From NCBI GenBank assembly GCA_003166335.1, contig PMWA01000117.1, positions 1 to 22,929 of the forward strand: 22,929 nucleotides of DNA, in the 5' to 3' direction. This stretch comes from Methanobacterium sp. Its GTDB lineage: Archaea > Methanobacteriota > Methanobacteria > Methanobacteriales > Methanobacteriaceae. A program made the translations under genes and the position numbers. The notes beneath the pieces are model-generated. The model was not told the origin of the DNA and made no database searches. It saw nothing but the letters and a program-made list of their open reading frames with translations. Of the stretch, positions 1 to 9,722 are shown piece by piece (the first letter of the stretch is position 1; every line of letters begins with the position of its first letter).

Positions 1-476
1 AAATAACTCATCTACCTTTAAATTGGAATCCTTCTCTTATTATAGGGTACACTGATAGAGAAAGTAACACTCGTGAATTAGTTGAGTCAGTTCGAATTAA
101 AAAAGAGAGTTATCCTTCTGTAATTAACCCTATAATGGATTCAATTGAACAAATTACGGATAATGCACGAGAAGCCATTGTTTGTGAAAATGCTGAAATT
201 CTGGGAGAACTTATGAATATTAATCACGGGCTCTTGGATGCATTGGGAGTTAACACTCCAGAATTATCCCGGATGGTTTATATAGCTAGAAAAGCAGGAG
301 CAATTGGCTCTAAAATCACTGGTGCTGGAGGAGGGGGTAGCATCATAGCTTATTCTCCAAATAAAATAGATGAAGTCCTAGGAGAGCTTCAGCGGGTGGA
401 AAATGCTTTTATCATTAAATTATCAAGTTTAGGTGTTCAACAGGAAGTGGGAAGAACTTGGAAAAGGAGGATATAA
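1..476 (+). CDS. mvk: Mevalonate kinase, C-terminal part (5' end outside window)
   Basis: The frame of ORF 135..476 is open back to position 3 (ITHLPLNWNPSLIIGYTDRESNTRELVESV...). It has the GHMP kinase C-terminal motifs LGELMNINHGLLDALGV and GSKITGAGGGG, and lies directly upstream of ipk-fni. Confidence 0.93.
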   Translation, partial: ITHLPLNWNPSLIIGYTDRESNTRELVESVRIKKESYPSVINPIMDSIEQITDNAREAIVCENAEILGELMNINHGLLDALGVNTPELSRMVYIARKAGAIGSKITGAGGGGSIIAYSPNKIDEVLGELQRVENAFIIKLSSLGVQQEVGRTWKRRI

Positions 477-480
477 ATTT

Positions 481-1281
481 TTGATAATCTTAAAACTTGG
501 CGGAAGCATTATAACTAAAAAAGATTATGCAACTCCTACTTTGGATAATAAGAATTTAGCTAGAATCGCTCATGAAATATCAGAATCCTCCTATGGAAAA
601 CTTATAATAGTGCATGGTGCTGGATCTTTTGGACATCCCTTCGCCAGTAAGTACGGTATTGGTGATGAGATTAAAGATGACCAGGATTTATGGAATAAGA
701 TGTTGGGATTTTCCATTACTCAGCACGGTGTTAAGGAATTAAATGGTTTGGTTTGTGAATATTTAAGAATACATGGCGTTTTATCAGTCTCGATACAGCC
801 TTCATCGTTTATGTTAACTAAAAATAAAAGATTATATTCTGCTAGTTTGGATTTAATTCGTAAGTATCTAGATTTAGGTTTTGTCCCTGTGATCTATGGG
901 GATGTAGTACTTGATCTTGATGAATCTATTAAAATAGCAGTATTATCTGGAGATCAAATCGTTAAATATCTAGCCGAAAATTTAAGGCCAGAAAGAGTTA
1001 TCATGGCTTCTGATGTAGATGGAATATATAATAAAAATCCGAAAATAAATCCCGATGCAGAGTTATTAAAAGTTGTAACCTCTAATGAACAGATAGAACT
1101 AATTAAAAATAATCAAACAGTAGATGTGACTGGAGGAATGTCGGGAAAACTCACTGAACTCCTGGAACTTGCAAATCTAGGAGTAGAATCTGAGATTATT
1201 AATGCAAATAAGTTTAATATTATAAAAAATGCCTTAAATGGTGAAAAAGTAACTGGAACTTTAATTAAAAAAAATATTTAG
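481..1281 (+). CDS. ipk: Isopentenyl phosphate kinase (amino-acid kinase family)
   Basis: Motifs ILKLGGSIITKK, IIVHGAGSFGH, VPVIYGDVV, SGDQI, SDVDGIY and DVTGGM. The likely start is TTG at 481, after AGGAGG (about 466-471), rather than 433. Located between mvk and fni. Confidence 0.92.
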   Translation: MIILKLGGSIITKKDYATPTLDNKNLARIAHEISESSYGKLIIVHGAGSFGHPFASKYGIGDEIKDDQDLWNKMLGFSITQHGVKELNGLVCEYLRIHGVLSVSIQPSSFMLTKNKRLYSASLDLIRKYLDLGFVPVIYGDVVLDLDESIKIAVLSGDQIVKYLAENLRPERVIMASDVDGIYNKNPKINPDAELLKVVTSNEQIELIKNNQTVDVTGGMSGKLTELLELANLGVESEIINANKFNIIKNALNGEKVTGTLIKKNI

Positions 1282-1294
1282 AAGGTAATAAAAA

Positions 1295-2353
1295 ATGATT
1301 TCAGATAGAAAATTAGAGCACCTGTGGCTATGTAAACACTGTGATGTGGAGCATAAGCATAAAAAAACAGGATTTGAAGAAATAGAATTAATTCATAAAG
1401 CTCTTCCTCAAATTAACAAAGAAGAAATTAATATAACCACCGAGTTCTTCGGTAAAACATTGGAAGCACCTATAATTATCACGGGAATGACTGGAGGGCA
1501 TCCAGCCAGCTTGGCTATAAACAGAGAATTAGCTCGGGCAGCGGAACAGCTTAAAATAGGATTGGGCATGGGAAGTCAGCGTGCTGCTGTGGAAAATCCT
1601 GAATTAAGATCAACCTACACTGTGATGAGGGATGAAGCACCATCTACTTTCTTAATTGGTAATATTGGAGCTCCTCAGATTGAATATGCAGAGGAAGCAG
1701 CTGGTATGATGAATTTAGATGCTTTGGCTGTTCATATTAACCCTTTACAAGAAGCCATACAACCAGAGGGAGATGTCGACGCTTCAAACTATCTTCAAGA
1801 TGTTCAAGAAGCTTCAAAAAAATTGGATATACCTATAATAGTTAAAGAAACTGGGGCTGGTATTAAAAAGGAGGATGCTATGGCATTAACAAATGCTGGT
1901 GCTGCGGCTATAGATGTGGCTGGTGCTGGTGGAACCAGTTGGGCTGCTGTTGAAACGTATCGTTCGAAAGATCCTTACTTGGGGAATCTCTTCCGAGATT
2001 GGGGAATACCAACTGCAGTAAGTACTGTAGAGGTGCTTAAATCAGTAAATGTACCCATTATATCATCAGGGGGAATTAGAAGCGGATTGGATGCTGCTAA
2101 AGCATTAGCTTTAGGTGCTGAAGCAGTGGGATTAGCATTACCAGTTCTAAAAGAAGCTTACATGGGATATGAAGCAGTTAAAATTAAGATCATGAAATTT
2201 ATAGAGGAACTGAAAGTAGCCATGTACTTGGTGGGAGCTTCAGATATATCTGATCTCAGAAAATCAGATTTATTAATAATGGGGAAAACCAGGGAATGGC
2301 TTAACTTAAGGGGAATTAATACTGAAGAATATGCTAGGAGATCACAGCTATGA
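1295..2353 (+). CDS. fni: Type 2 (FMN-dependent) isopentenyl-diphosphate delta-isomerase
   Basis: Motifs [53 protein letters not shown] and [18 protein letters not shown]. Confidence 0.97.
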   Translation: MISDRKLEHLWLCKHCDVEHKHKKTGFEEIELIHKALPQINKEEINITTEFFGKTLEAPIIITGMTGGHPASLAINRELARAAEQLKIGLGMGSQRAAVENPELRSTYTVMRDEAPSTFLIGNIGAPQIEYAEEAAGMMNLDALAVHINPLQEAIQPEGDVDASNYLQDVQEASKKLDIPIIVKETGAGIKKEDAMALTNAGAAAIDVAGAGGTSWAAVETYRSKDPYLGNLFRDWGIPTAVSTVEVLKSVNVPIISSGGIRSGLDAAKALALGAEAVGLALPVLKEAYMGYEAVKIKIMKFIEELKVAMYLVGASDISDLRKSDLLIMGKTREWLNLRGINTEEYARRSQL

Positions 2354-3699
2354 CCGTTGAAGTAATAGCCATTGGTGGATATGAAGAAGTAGGGAAAAAC
2401 ATGTCCGCAGTTAAGGTTGGTGAAGATGTAGTGATATTTGATATGGGAATTCACTTGGACCGGGTGCATATCCACGAAGATACCGACATGGCGCGGATGC
2501 ATAGTTTAGACTTAATTGAGAGAGGAATAATACCTGATGATACCTTGATGAAGGATGTGGATGGTAAAGTAAGAGCCATAGTATTTACACATGGACATCT
2601 AGATCATATTGGGGCGGTTGGTAAATTAGCCCATCGGTATGAGGCTCCTATAATTGGAACACCCTATACTATGGGTTTAATTGAACGCACTATCAAATCA
2701 GAGAGGAAATTTAAAGTCACTAATCCCCAGCAGGTTTTAAATCCGGGAGAGAAGATTCAGATATCTCCAGATATAACCTTAGAATTTGTTAGAACAACCC
2801 ATAGTATACCCCATACTGTGAATGCAGCTATACACACTTCTGAAGGTATTATAGTATATGCTAACGATTTTAAATTTGATAATCATCAGATGATATCTGA
2901 TCCACCGGATTATCATCGTTTAAGGGAGCTTGGAAAGAAAGGAGTTCTGGCGCTTATCGTAGAAACCACTAGAATGACTGAGGAGAAGCAAGTTAAAACT
3001 TATTCTGAGAAGGTGGCCCGAATCGCTTTACAGGATGTCATGGAGCAAGCTTTGACCGAGAAGGAAGGTATGCTTATCACCACATTCTCATCCCATATAG
3101 AACGTATACAAGCCATCTGTAATATAGCAAAGAAGAGTGATAGACAAATATTATTATTAGGTAGATCTATGGAGAGATTCGGTAGTATAGCGGAATCTAT
3201 GGGTCTTTTAAATTTACCACCCACCGCTAGTCTTTATGGGAGTCCTAAAGCGGTTAATCGCGCTTTGGCCAGGGCTGAAGAGAAAAGAGAGGATTATTTA
3301 TTAGTTACAACAGGACATCAGGGTGAACCTGATGCATTACTTCCACGTATTGCTAATGGAAAAACTAACTTTAAAGTGAGAAGAGGCGATAATGTAGTTA
3401 TATCAGCACCTATAATACCAGCTCCAATGAATGTCGCTAATCGTAATATTATGGAAAGAAGACTTAAAACCAGTGGCGCCAGAATATTTCCCAATTTGCA
3501 TGTTTCTGGTCACGCTGGACGAGAGGATCATCGGGATTACATTAGAATGCTCGATCCCATGCATATTATACCTGCTCATGGAGATTTGGAAATGCTAGCA
3601 GCCTATACAGAAATGGCTGAGGAGGAAGGATTCAAGATGGGTAACAATATTCATATACTGCGTAATGGACAGGCACAAGTTTTCAATGGAGGGATATAG
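2350..3699 (+). CDS. rnj: Ribonuclease J (beta-CASP metallo-beta-lactamase)
   Basis: Motifs [37 protein letters not shown] and IIPAHG. ATGA start/stop overlap with fni. Confidence 0.95.
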   Translation: MTVEVIAIGGYEEVGKNMSAVKVGEDVVIFDMGIHLDRVHIHEDTDMARMHSLDLIERGIIPDDTLMKDVDGKVRAIVFTHGHLDHIGAVGKLAHRYEAPIIGTPYTMGLIERTIKSERKFKVTNPQQVLNPGEKIQISPDITLEFVRTTHSIPHTVNAAIHTSEGIIVYANDFKFDNHQMISDPPDYHRLRELGKKGVLALIVETTRMTEEKQVKTYSEKVARIALQDVMEQALTEKEGMLITTFSSHIERIQAICNIAKKSDRQILLLGRSMERFGSIAESMGLLNLPPTASLYGSPKAVNRALARAEEKREDYLLVTTGHQGEPDALLPRIANGKTNFKVRRGDNVVISAPIIPAPMNVANRNIMERRLKTSGARIFPNLHVSGHAGREDHRDYIRMLDPMHIIPAHGDLEMLAAYTEMAEEEGFKMGNNIHILRNGQAQVFNGGI

Positions 3700-3703
3700 T
3701 AAT

Positions 3704-4690
3704 ATGGACGTTTTAGAATTACTGAAGAAGTATTCAACTGAGGTTGACCGAGAAATAGGGAAGGCTCTTGATACGGTTGACCCTGAAGAACTTCATGATG
3801 CATCAAAACATCTCATAAAAGCTGGTGGAAAAAAGATCAGACCATCTTTAGTACTTTTAAGTAGTGAAGCGGTGGGTGGTAGCGTAGAAGGAGCTTTAAA
3901 AACTGCTGCGGCTGTTGAATTGATACATACTTTTTCATTGATTCATGATGATATCATGGATCAAGATGAGATGAGAAGAGGATTGCCATCAGTACATACT
4001 ATTTGGGGAGAGCCAATGGCTATCTTAGCAGGGGATATAATCTTCTCCCTAGCTTTTGAATTGGTGACGCAAACCCATAACGAAGATATACCATCAAAAA
4101 GAGTTGTTGAAGCTTTGAAAACTGTGGTGGATGCATGTATAAAAATTTGTGAAGGCCAAGCTTTTGACATGTCATTTGAAGGAAAATTCGATGTCCAAGA
4201 AAAAGAATATATGAATATGATCTACAAGAAAACCGCTGCCTTAATAGCTGCCGCTACCAAAGCAGGTGCGATACTGGGTGGAGGTTCAGAGGAACAAGTC
4301 AAAGCTCTTGCGGAATATGGAAGACTCATAGGAATGGCTTTCCAGATACAAGATGACTATTTAGATGTTGTTAGTGAAGAGACAGCCATAGGCAAACCCG
4401 TAGGTAGTGATATCGTGAAAGGTAAAATGACTCTGATGGTAGTCCATGCTTTATCCAAAGCTTCAGCAGAAGATGAAGAAGTATTAATATCCATACTAAA
4501 TGAAAATGATGAAAAAAATGTGGAGAAAGCTATTAAAATCTTCGAAAAATATGGTTCCATTAATTACACTCATGATATTGCCCTGAAAAATGTGCAGAAA
4601 GCCAAAAAACTCTTAATAGCAGTTGAAGATTCGCCTTCCAAGCAAGGCTTGAGTCTACTTGCAGATTTCGTACTGCAACGTAGCCACTGA
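3704..4690 (+). CDS. idsA: Short-chain isoprenyl diphosphate synthase (GGPP synthase)
   Basis: GGKKIRP, first Asp-rich motif [13 protein letters not shown], second motif FQIQDDYLD, and GKPVGSDI. Start at ATG 3704 after GGAGGG is preferred over 3665, which lies inside rnj. Confidence 0.95.
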   Translation: MDVLELLKKYSTEVDREIGKALDTVDPEELHDASKHLIKAGGKKIRPSLVLLSSEAVGGSVEGALKTAAAVELIHTFSLIHDDIMDQDEMRRGLPSVHTIWGEPMAILAGDIIFSLAFELVTQTHNEDIPSKRVVEALKTVVDACIKICEGQAFDMSFEGKFDVQEKEYMNMIYKKTAALIAAATKAGAILGGGSEEQVKALAEYGRLIGMAFQIQDDYLDVVSEETAIGKPVGSDIVKGKMTLMVVHALSKASAEDEEVLISILNENDEKNVEKAIKIFEKYGSINYTHDIALKNVQKAKKLLIAVEDSPSKQGLSLLADFVLQRSH

Positions 4691-4790
4691 AAAAGGATAT
4701 ACATTTTAATAGTTTAAATTTTTTACATACATACTTAACAAAATAATGATTAAGGACTTTATAAAATAAATAATTTAATAGTGATTTATA

Positions 4791-6473
4791 ATGGAAGATC
4801 ATCTTAAAGAACTCATATATAAATATACACTTTTGAATGCTGTAAAACATAATGGGCATGCCCAAAGTGGTGCGGTAGTGGGTGTAATTATGGCTTCTCA
4901 CCCTGAATTTAGAAGTGAAGCTCAAAAAGTTATGAAACTCACTGCAGAAATCATAGAGGCGGTTAATTCACTGACTTTAACGAAGCAACATCTTGAAATG
5001 GAAAATAAGGGTATTTTTGAAACAGTAAAAGAAAGAAAAACCGAGGAGAAAGGATTAGTTGATCTTCCAAACGTAGAAGGAGAAGTAGTATTAAGATTCG
5101 CCCCTAACCCTAGCGGACCTCTACACATTGGTCATGCACGAGCTGCTATTTTAAATCAAGAATATGTAAAACGTTACAGTGGAAAACTAATACTCAGATT
5201 AGAGGATACTGATCCACGTAGAATAGATCCTAAAGCTTATCAGATGATAGAAGAAGACTTAACATGGTTAGGAGTTAAATGGGATGAGAAAATAATTCAA
5301 AGCGACCGCATCACCCTTTATCATCAATACGCTGAAAAACTAATAGAATTAGGCCAAGCTTATATGTGCACCTGCCCCGGTGATGAATTCAAAAAATTGA
5401 AGGATCAATCTCAAGCATGCTCTTGCCGAGATTTATCAATTGATGATAATTTAAAACTCTGGAAAGAAATGCCATTTATGAGTGAAGGTGAAGCAGTTCT
5501 GCGAGTTAAAACTGATATTCAACATAAGAATCCTGCTATTAGAGATTGGGTGGCTATGAGAATAGTGGATTTTGAACATCCTCGCATTGGTACTTTATTT
5601 AACGTCTACCCTATGATGAACTTCGCCGTGACTGTTGATGATCATCTTTTGGGCATCACTCATGTATTACGGGGGAAGGATCATCTCGCAAATAGTGAAA
5701 AACAGGAATACCTCTACCATCATTTTGGATGGACTGTACCAGAATTTATTCATTATGGTAGGCTTAAAATGGAGGACGTTGCATTAAGCACGTCCCAAGC
5801 TCGTAAAGGTATAAATGATGGTCTTTATACGGGATGGGATGATCCACGCTTAGGTACATTAAGAGCCATTTCTAAACGAGGAATAAAAAAGGAAGCCCTA
5901 AAAGAGTTAATGTTGGAAATAGGGGTTAAAATAGCCGATACAACAATTAGCTGGAAGAAGATTTATGGTTTAAACCGTAATTTACTTGAAGATGAGGCTA
6001 ACCGCTACTTTGCAGTGTTCCACCCCGAGAAGGTCATTATAGAAAACTTACCTGAATCAGATAAAGGTGTTATTAAACGACTTAAACATCCTGATTTCCC
6101 AGATCGAGGATATAGAATGTTACCGTTTGACGGAATAGTTTATTTAGACCAGACTGATCTGGAAAGAAATGAAAGCAAAGTTTTAAGGTTAATGGATGCT
6201 GTTAACATTGTATTTAAAGATGGAAAAACTATATTTCACAGTTCTTCATTAGAGGAAGCTCGAAGATCTAATGCTCAAATTGTGCAATGGGTGCCAGTTA
6301 CCTCATCACCAGATGTAGAATTAGTAATGCATGATAACACAATTCTTAAGGGATTAGCTGAACCTTCAATTGAAGAACTTAATCCTAACGATGTGGTGCA
6401 ACTAGAACGGGTTGGATTCGCTAGATTGGATGAGATACAACCTAAAATAAGATTTTACTTCGCTCATAAATAA
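4791..6473 (+). CDS. gltX: Glutamate--tRNA ligase, archaeal type
   Basis: RFAPNPSGPLHIGH (HIGH motif), LRLEDTDP, THVLRGKDH, the archaeal LSTS variant of KMSKS, GWDDPRL, and C-terminal QLERVGF. Confidence 0.97.
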   Translation: MEDHLKELIYKYTLLNAVKHNGHAQSGAVVGVIMASHPEFRSEAQKVMKLTAEIIEAVNSLTLTKQHLEMENKGIFETVKERKTEEKGLVDLPNVEGEVVLRFAPNPSGPLHIGHARAAILNQEYVKRYSGKLILRLEDTDPRRIDPKAYQMIEEDLTWLGVKWDEKIIQSDRITLYHQYAEKLIELGQAYMCTCPGDEFKKLKDQSQACSCRDLSIDDNLKLWKEMPFMSEGEAVLRVKTDIQHKNPAIRDWVAMRIVDFEHPRIGTLFNVYPMMNFAVTVDDHLLGITHVLRGKDHLANSEKQEYLYHHFGWTVPEFIHYGRLKMEDVALSTSQARKGINDGLYTGWDDPRLGTLRAISKRGIKKEALKELMLEIGVKIADTTISWKKIYGLNRNLLEDEANRYFAVFHPEKVIIENLPESDKGVIKRLKHPDFPDRGYRMLPFDGIVYLDQTDLERNESKVLRLMDAVNIVFKDGKTIFHSSSLEEARRSNAQIVQWVPVTSSPDVELVMHDNTILKGLAEPSIEELNPNDVVQLERVGFARLDEIQPKIRFYFAHK

Positions 6474-6475
6474 TA

Positions 6476-6483
6476 TTTTTTTT
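6476..6483 (+). terminator. Oligo-T tract, candidate archaeal intrinsic terminator for gltX
   Basis: T8 begins 2 nt after the gltX stop and is followed by further T-rich sequence. Confidence 0.4.
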
Positions 6484-6490
6484 ATTCTAG

Positions 6491-6646
6491 TTATTTTAAT
6501 CTTTTCTTTTTTTTAGTTTTTGCTTCAAATTCTCTGATCTCACCCATTTTAGGTTTCAAATCTTTTTTAGCTTCTTTTTTAATCATTTTATTTAATCTTT
6601 TCCTTTTTTCCTTTTTTGTTTCATCTTTCCCATTTTCATCTGACAT
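6491..6646 (-). CDS. Small Lys-rich hypothetical protein (51 aa), not in the ORF track
   Basis: Translated by hand: MSDENGKDETKKEKRKRLNKMIKKEAKKDLKPKMGEIREFEAKTKKKKRLK*. RBS AGGTGA at 6655-6660, 8 nt before the ATG. Ends 17 nt from the gltX stop, convergently. Confidence 0.65.
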   Translation of the reverse strand: MSDENGKDETKKEKRKRLNKMIKKEAKKDLKPKMGEIREFEAKTKKKKRLK

Positions 6647-6830
6647 TTTATTTATCACCTATTTTTTCAACGAATTTATATTTATGAAAAATTGATTTGG
6701 TATATTTTTTTGAAATGAATTTTCTGCACTCCTAAAAATAAATTTATCATCATTTTTTGGTTGCCCTCATATAATTTTATTAATTCTTTATTAATGATAA
6801 TATTAGATTTTTTTTGCAATTCCTTAAGTA

Positions 6831-6850
6831 GATAAATTTACATAAGTAAA
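6831..6850 (+). promoter_or_regulatory. Candidate BRE/TATA promoter for the first CDF gene, embedded in an imperfect palindrome
   Basis: Purine-rich GATAAA followed by TTTACATA about 50 nt upstream of TTG 6888. TTTAC-ATAA-GTAAA (6837-6850) is a 5-4-5 inverted repeat. Confidence 0.35.
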
Positions 6851-6887
6851 CTTTAGTAGATATTCAACTCTTTAGAGGTATTATTTT

Positions 6888-7784
6888 TTGGATGCTAGTG
6901 AAAGGGAAAAAAGAGGCAGAAATGCTATTATTGTCGGTATTTCTGGAAATGCTGTTCTTGCTATTTTTAATTTCATTGTAGGCACTCTATCCGGGAGTAC
7001 AGCTCTTATAGCAGAATCTGCGCATACTTTTGCTGATATTTTAGACTCTTCAATAGCATTTGTTGGTTTTAAAATAGGACTTAAACCTCCTGATACAGAG
7101 CATCCTTATGGTTATGGACGAGCAGAATCTCTGACAGGATTAATAAGCGTAATTTTCCTGATATTCATTGCTTATGAACTATTATTAGATCTATATAGTA
7201 AGCTATTATTAGGAGGAGCTTTGACTCCACCAAATTTGACTGCAGCATTAATGGCTTTGATAGGTATCGTTGTAAATTATACTATGACTACTTATATGGC
7301 TAGAGTTGGCAGCGAGATTAACAGTCCAGCAATAACTTCGGATGCTAAACACCAAAGAGTTGATATATTCACTTGTATTGCCATATTCGTGGCTGTTATC
7401 GGTTCACATCTTGGTTTACCTATTTTAGATCCTTTAGTCGCATTATTCATTGTTGCCTTGGTCTTAAGGACAGCTTTTGAAGTAGCCAGAGATAACATAA
7501 ATAATATTATAGGAAAAATACCTTCAGAACACCTTTTACAAAATATTGAAGCAGCAGCCTTATCAGTTGAGGGAGTTTCAGGAACTCATTCCATTAAAAT
7601 AAATTATCTGGGACCTTACGCAACTGTAGACATTCATATTGAAGTTGAGCCTAATTTAAGCATCATTGAAGCACATAAGATATCTATACAAGTTGAAAAG
7701 AGAATCATAAGCCAGGTTGAGCTTGTAACTATTGTGAATGTTCATGTATGTATCACAGGAGAAAAAGGTGTTTGTTTTGATTAA
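6888..7784 (+). CDS. Cation diffusion facilitator (CDF) family transporter, HD-HD site
   Basis: GSTALIAESAHTFAD (HxxxD), KPPDTEHPYGYGRAE, DAKHQRVD (HxxxD), and a C-terminal dimerisation domain with EAHKI...VNVHV. TTG start after GAGGT. Confidence 0.93.
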   Translation: MDASEREKRGRNAIIVGISGNAVLAIFNFIVGTLSGSTALIAESAHTFADILDSSIAFVGFKIGLKPPDTEHPYGYGRAESLTGLISVIFLIFIAYELLLDLYSKLLLGGALTPPNLTAALMALIGIVVNYTMTTYMARVGSEINSPAITSDAKHQRVDIFTCIAIFVAVIGSHLGLPILDPLVALFIVALVLRTAFEVARDNINNIIGKIPSEHLLQNIEAAALSVEGVSGTHSIKINYLGPYATVDIHIEVEPNLSIIEAHKISIQVEKRIISQVELVTIVNVHVCITGEKGVCFD

Positions 7785-8071
7785 TAGATTTATATTTAAA
7801 TCATCAAAATCCATCTTCTTTGCAAAGTTAAATTATAAAAAAAGAATTTACTCACGAGTAAATAATAAACGAATTTTTATTTGGGTTTAAAAAAAATAAT
7901 TTCCCAAGATCGAGAAAAGTTATGTATCCAAATCGTGTGAAATTTGAAAGTTTCCCATGATCCGGGGAGATTGGCGTTATCAAAATTTAGATAAACTCAC
8001 ATTTTTTTAATTCAAAGTTCAAATATATAAAATTGAATTGTTCAATGCAATGATTAAGAGATGATTTATTT

Positions 8072-8287
8072 ATGGAAAACAATGAAATATATTTAAATAA
8101 AGTGTATAATCAACTTAAAAATGAATATAAAGGTATCAAAGAGATCTTTATGGAAGATGAAGTTATCCTGATTTATGCAGAAGATGAGATTCTCTGGAAA
8201 ATATTTGGGGATAAAATTGATGTCTATAGAAGCATTGAATTTGAAGCAGAGACTAATGAATCACACTTCATTAGAATCTTACCATAA
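8072..8287 (+). CDS. Small acidic hypothetical protein (71 aa)
   Basis: ATG-started ORF with Glu/Ile-rich composition and host-like codon usage. No recognisable motif. Confidence 0.6.
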   Translation: MENNEIYLNKVYNQLKNEYKGIKEIFMEDEVILIYAEDEILWKIFGDKIDVYRSIEFEAETNESHFIRILP

Positions 8288-8294
8288 AACTATT

Positions 8295-8629
8295 GAATCC
8301 ATAAGCTAGGATAATTTATTTTATATCAGATGCATGAGTTATTAAAAGCCCGTTATCTTAATCTCTACTTTTCAAGGAGTATCCAATCCCTCCATTCACA
8401 ACACCTACCATTATACTCATTTCCTGTAAAAAGCATACTTTGGTTTGGTATAAAAATACAGAGTAAGATGTAAACCTAATTTGAAACTGCTATAGATAGG
8501 TGGTTATACAATAGGTCGTTATAAACACTGTCAGTTATTTATCATGGTTCTGTCCTATTTTGTTAGAGAATAATAAATAATTTAACCACTGTTGGCTTTC
8601 TAAGATAATTGAAAAGTCTAAAAATCGAT
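8295..8629 (-). pseudogene. Heavily decayed paralog of the NRAMP-like transporter gene (9723..10985)
   Basis: Minus-strand fragments in the correct order: ITDSVYND (vs ITANVDND), ITTY (vs ITTY), YILLCIFIP (vs YSLMWLFIP), LQEMSIMVGVVNG (vs IQEMGVRLGIVSG), KVEIKIT (vs RVGIKIT). After a large deletion: ITHASDI and IILAYGF (vs VNNVADV and ILFAFGF). An AAGGAG RBS is retained and the start reads ATC instead of ATG. Several stops and frameshifts. Confidence 0.8.
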
Positions 8630-8665
8630 TTATACTCCTTCTCCTTTAAATGAATTGAATTCATT

Positions 8666-9562
8666 TTAATCATAACAATTTTCATCCTTTTCGTCTTCAT
8701 CTAGGGGACAGACATGCACTGTCACTGTATTTATAATATCGATTTTTTTGATGATGGTTTTCTCAACATTATGCGCTATTTTATGAGCTTCTTTAAGTGG
8801 TAAATCACTTTTTACTTTAACATGAAACTCAGCTGATGCATAAGGACCTATATTGTTTACTTTAATGTCATGAGCATCATATACACCATCAACAGATACT
8901 GCTACAGATTTTATATCATTTATAAGTTTTTTAGATGGCACTTTACCCATTAAATTATCTATATTCTCCCGGGCCACATCGAAAGCAGTTTTAATTACAA
9001 GGCATCCTATTACTACTGCTAAAATTGGATCCAGAATGGGATAACCTAATTGAGAACCTACAATACCAAAGAAAATTGCAACAGATGTAAATACATCCAT
9101 CTTCTTCTGATTACCAGTAGCCATTAATATTTGACTATTAATTTCTTTTCCCGTTTTGAAAAGGTATTTCATTACAAAATAATTCATAAAAAATGCTACA
9201 ATTGCCATTCCAGCTGCAATCCAGCTGGGAGCTGCTAATGAACCAATCATTAGAAATTTAGCATAAGCTTCTTGAAATATTTGGTAGGCAATAAAGAAAA
9301 GAATTATGGAAATAAGTAACCCAACAAGCGGCTCGATACGGCCATGACCATAAGGATGTTCTGCATCTGCCGGTTTCAGACCAATACGAAATGCCCATAG
9401 CCCTATTAAATTCGATAAGAGATCGCCTGCATTATCCGCAGCTTGAGCTACCAAAGCAGTAGATCCACTTATTATTCCCACTACAAAATTTAAAATTGTA
9501 AGAATAACATTAACTAATATAGCAAATTTATTTGCCCTATTCCCTATTTCTTCTCTATCCAT
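8666..9562 (-). CDS. Cation diffusion facilitator (CDF) family transporter, atypical DD-QD site
   Basis: GSTALVAQAADNAGD, KPADAEHPYGHGRIE, GNQKKMD, ILDPILA and EAHKIAH...VTVHVCP. Collinear with the 6888 paralog and the same length (298 aa). Confidence 0.92.
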   Translation of the reverse strand: MDREEIGNRANKFAILVNVILTILNFVVGIISGSTALVAQAADNAGDLLSNLIGLWAFRIGLKPADAEHPYGHGRIEPLVGLLISIILFFIAYQIFQEAYAKFLMIGSLAAPSWIAAGMAIVAFFMNYFVMKYLFKTGKEINSQILMATGNQKKMDVFTSVAIFFGIVGSQLGYPILDPILAVVIGCLVIKTAFDVARENIDNLMGKVPSKKLINDIKSVAVSVDGVYDAHDIKVNNIGPYASAEFHVKVKSDLPLKEAHKIAHNVEKTIIKKIDIINTVTVHVCPLDEDEKDENCYD

Positions 9563-9722
9563 TATTTTTTTCTTCCCAACATTGGTAAGATTAATCTTTC
9601 AGGTTCTACCTGTATCTATTTTCTATTTCTGAATCCATATTAACTCATTTATCTAAAAAATATTTTTAAAGATTTATATAATACTTTGAATAAAGCAAAT
9701 TAAACTCTTCATCTCATTAATC

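Noticed and set aside
2158..5128. Minus-strand ORFs 2158..2502, 3000..3224, 3961..4170, 4357..4560, 4560..4925, 4922..5128
   Set aside because: Antisense shadows of well-supported core genes, with no motifs.
7961..8000. GGAGATTGGCGTT as a fluoride (crcB) riboswitch
   Set aside because: The complementary stem and the downstream GCTRATGRC pseudoknot element are absent.
9563..9640. Leader of CDF2: AAGATTAATCTT palindrome, CAGGT-TCT-ACCTG hairpin, and a short frame ending PMLGRKK* that resembles the MgtE-like C-terminus (PRMFGR)
   Set aside because: The stems are short and the similarity is only a few residues, so it cannot be distinguished from chance. It matches no riboswitch consensus I recognise.
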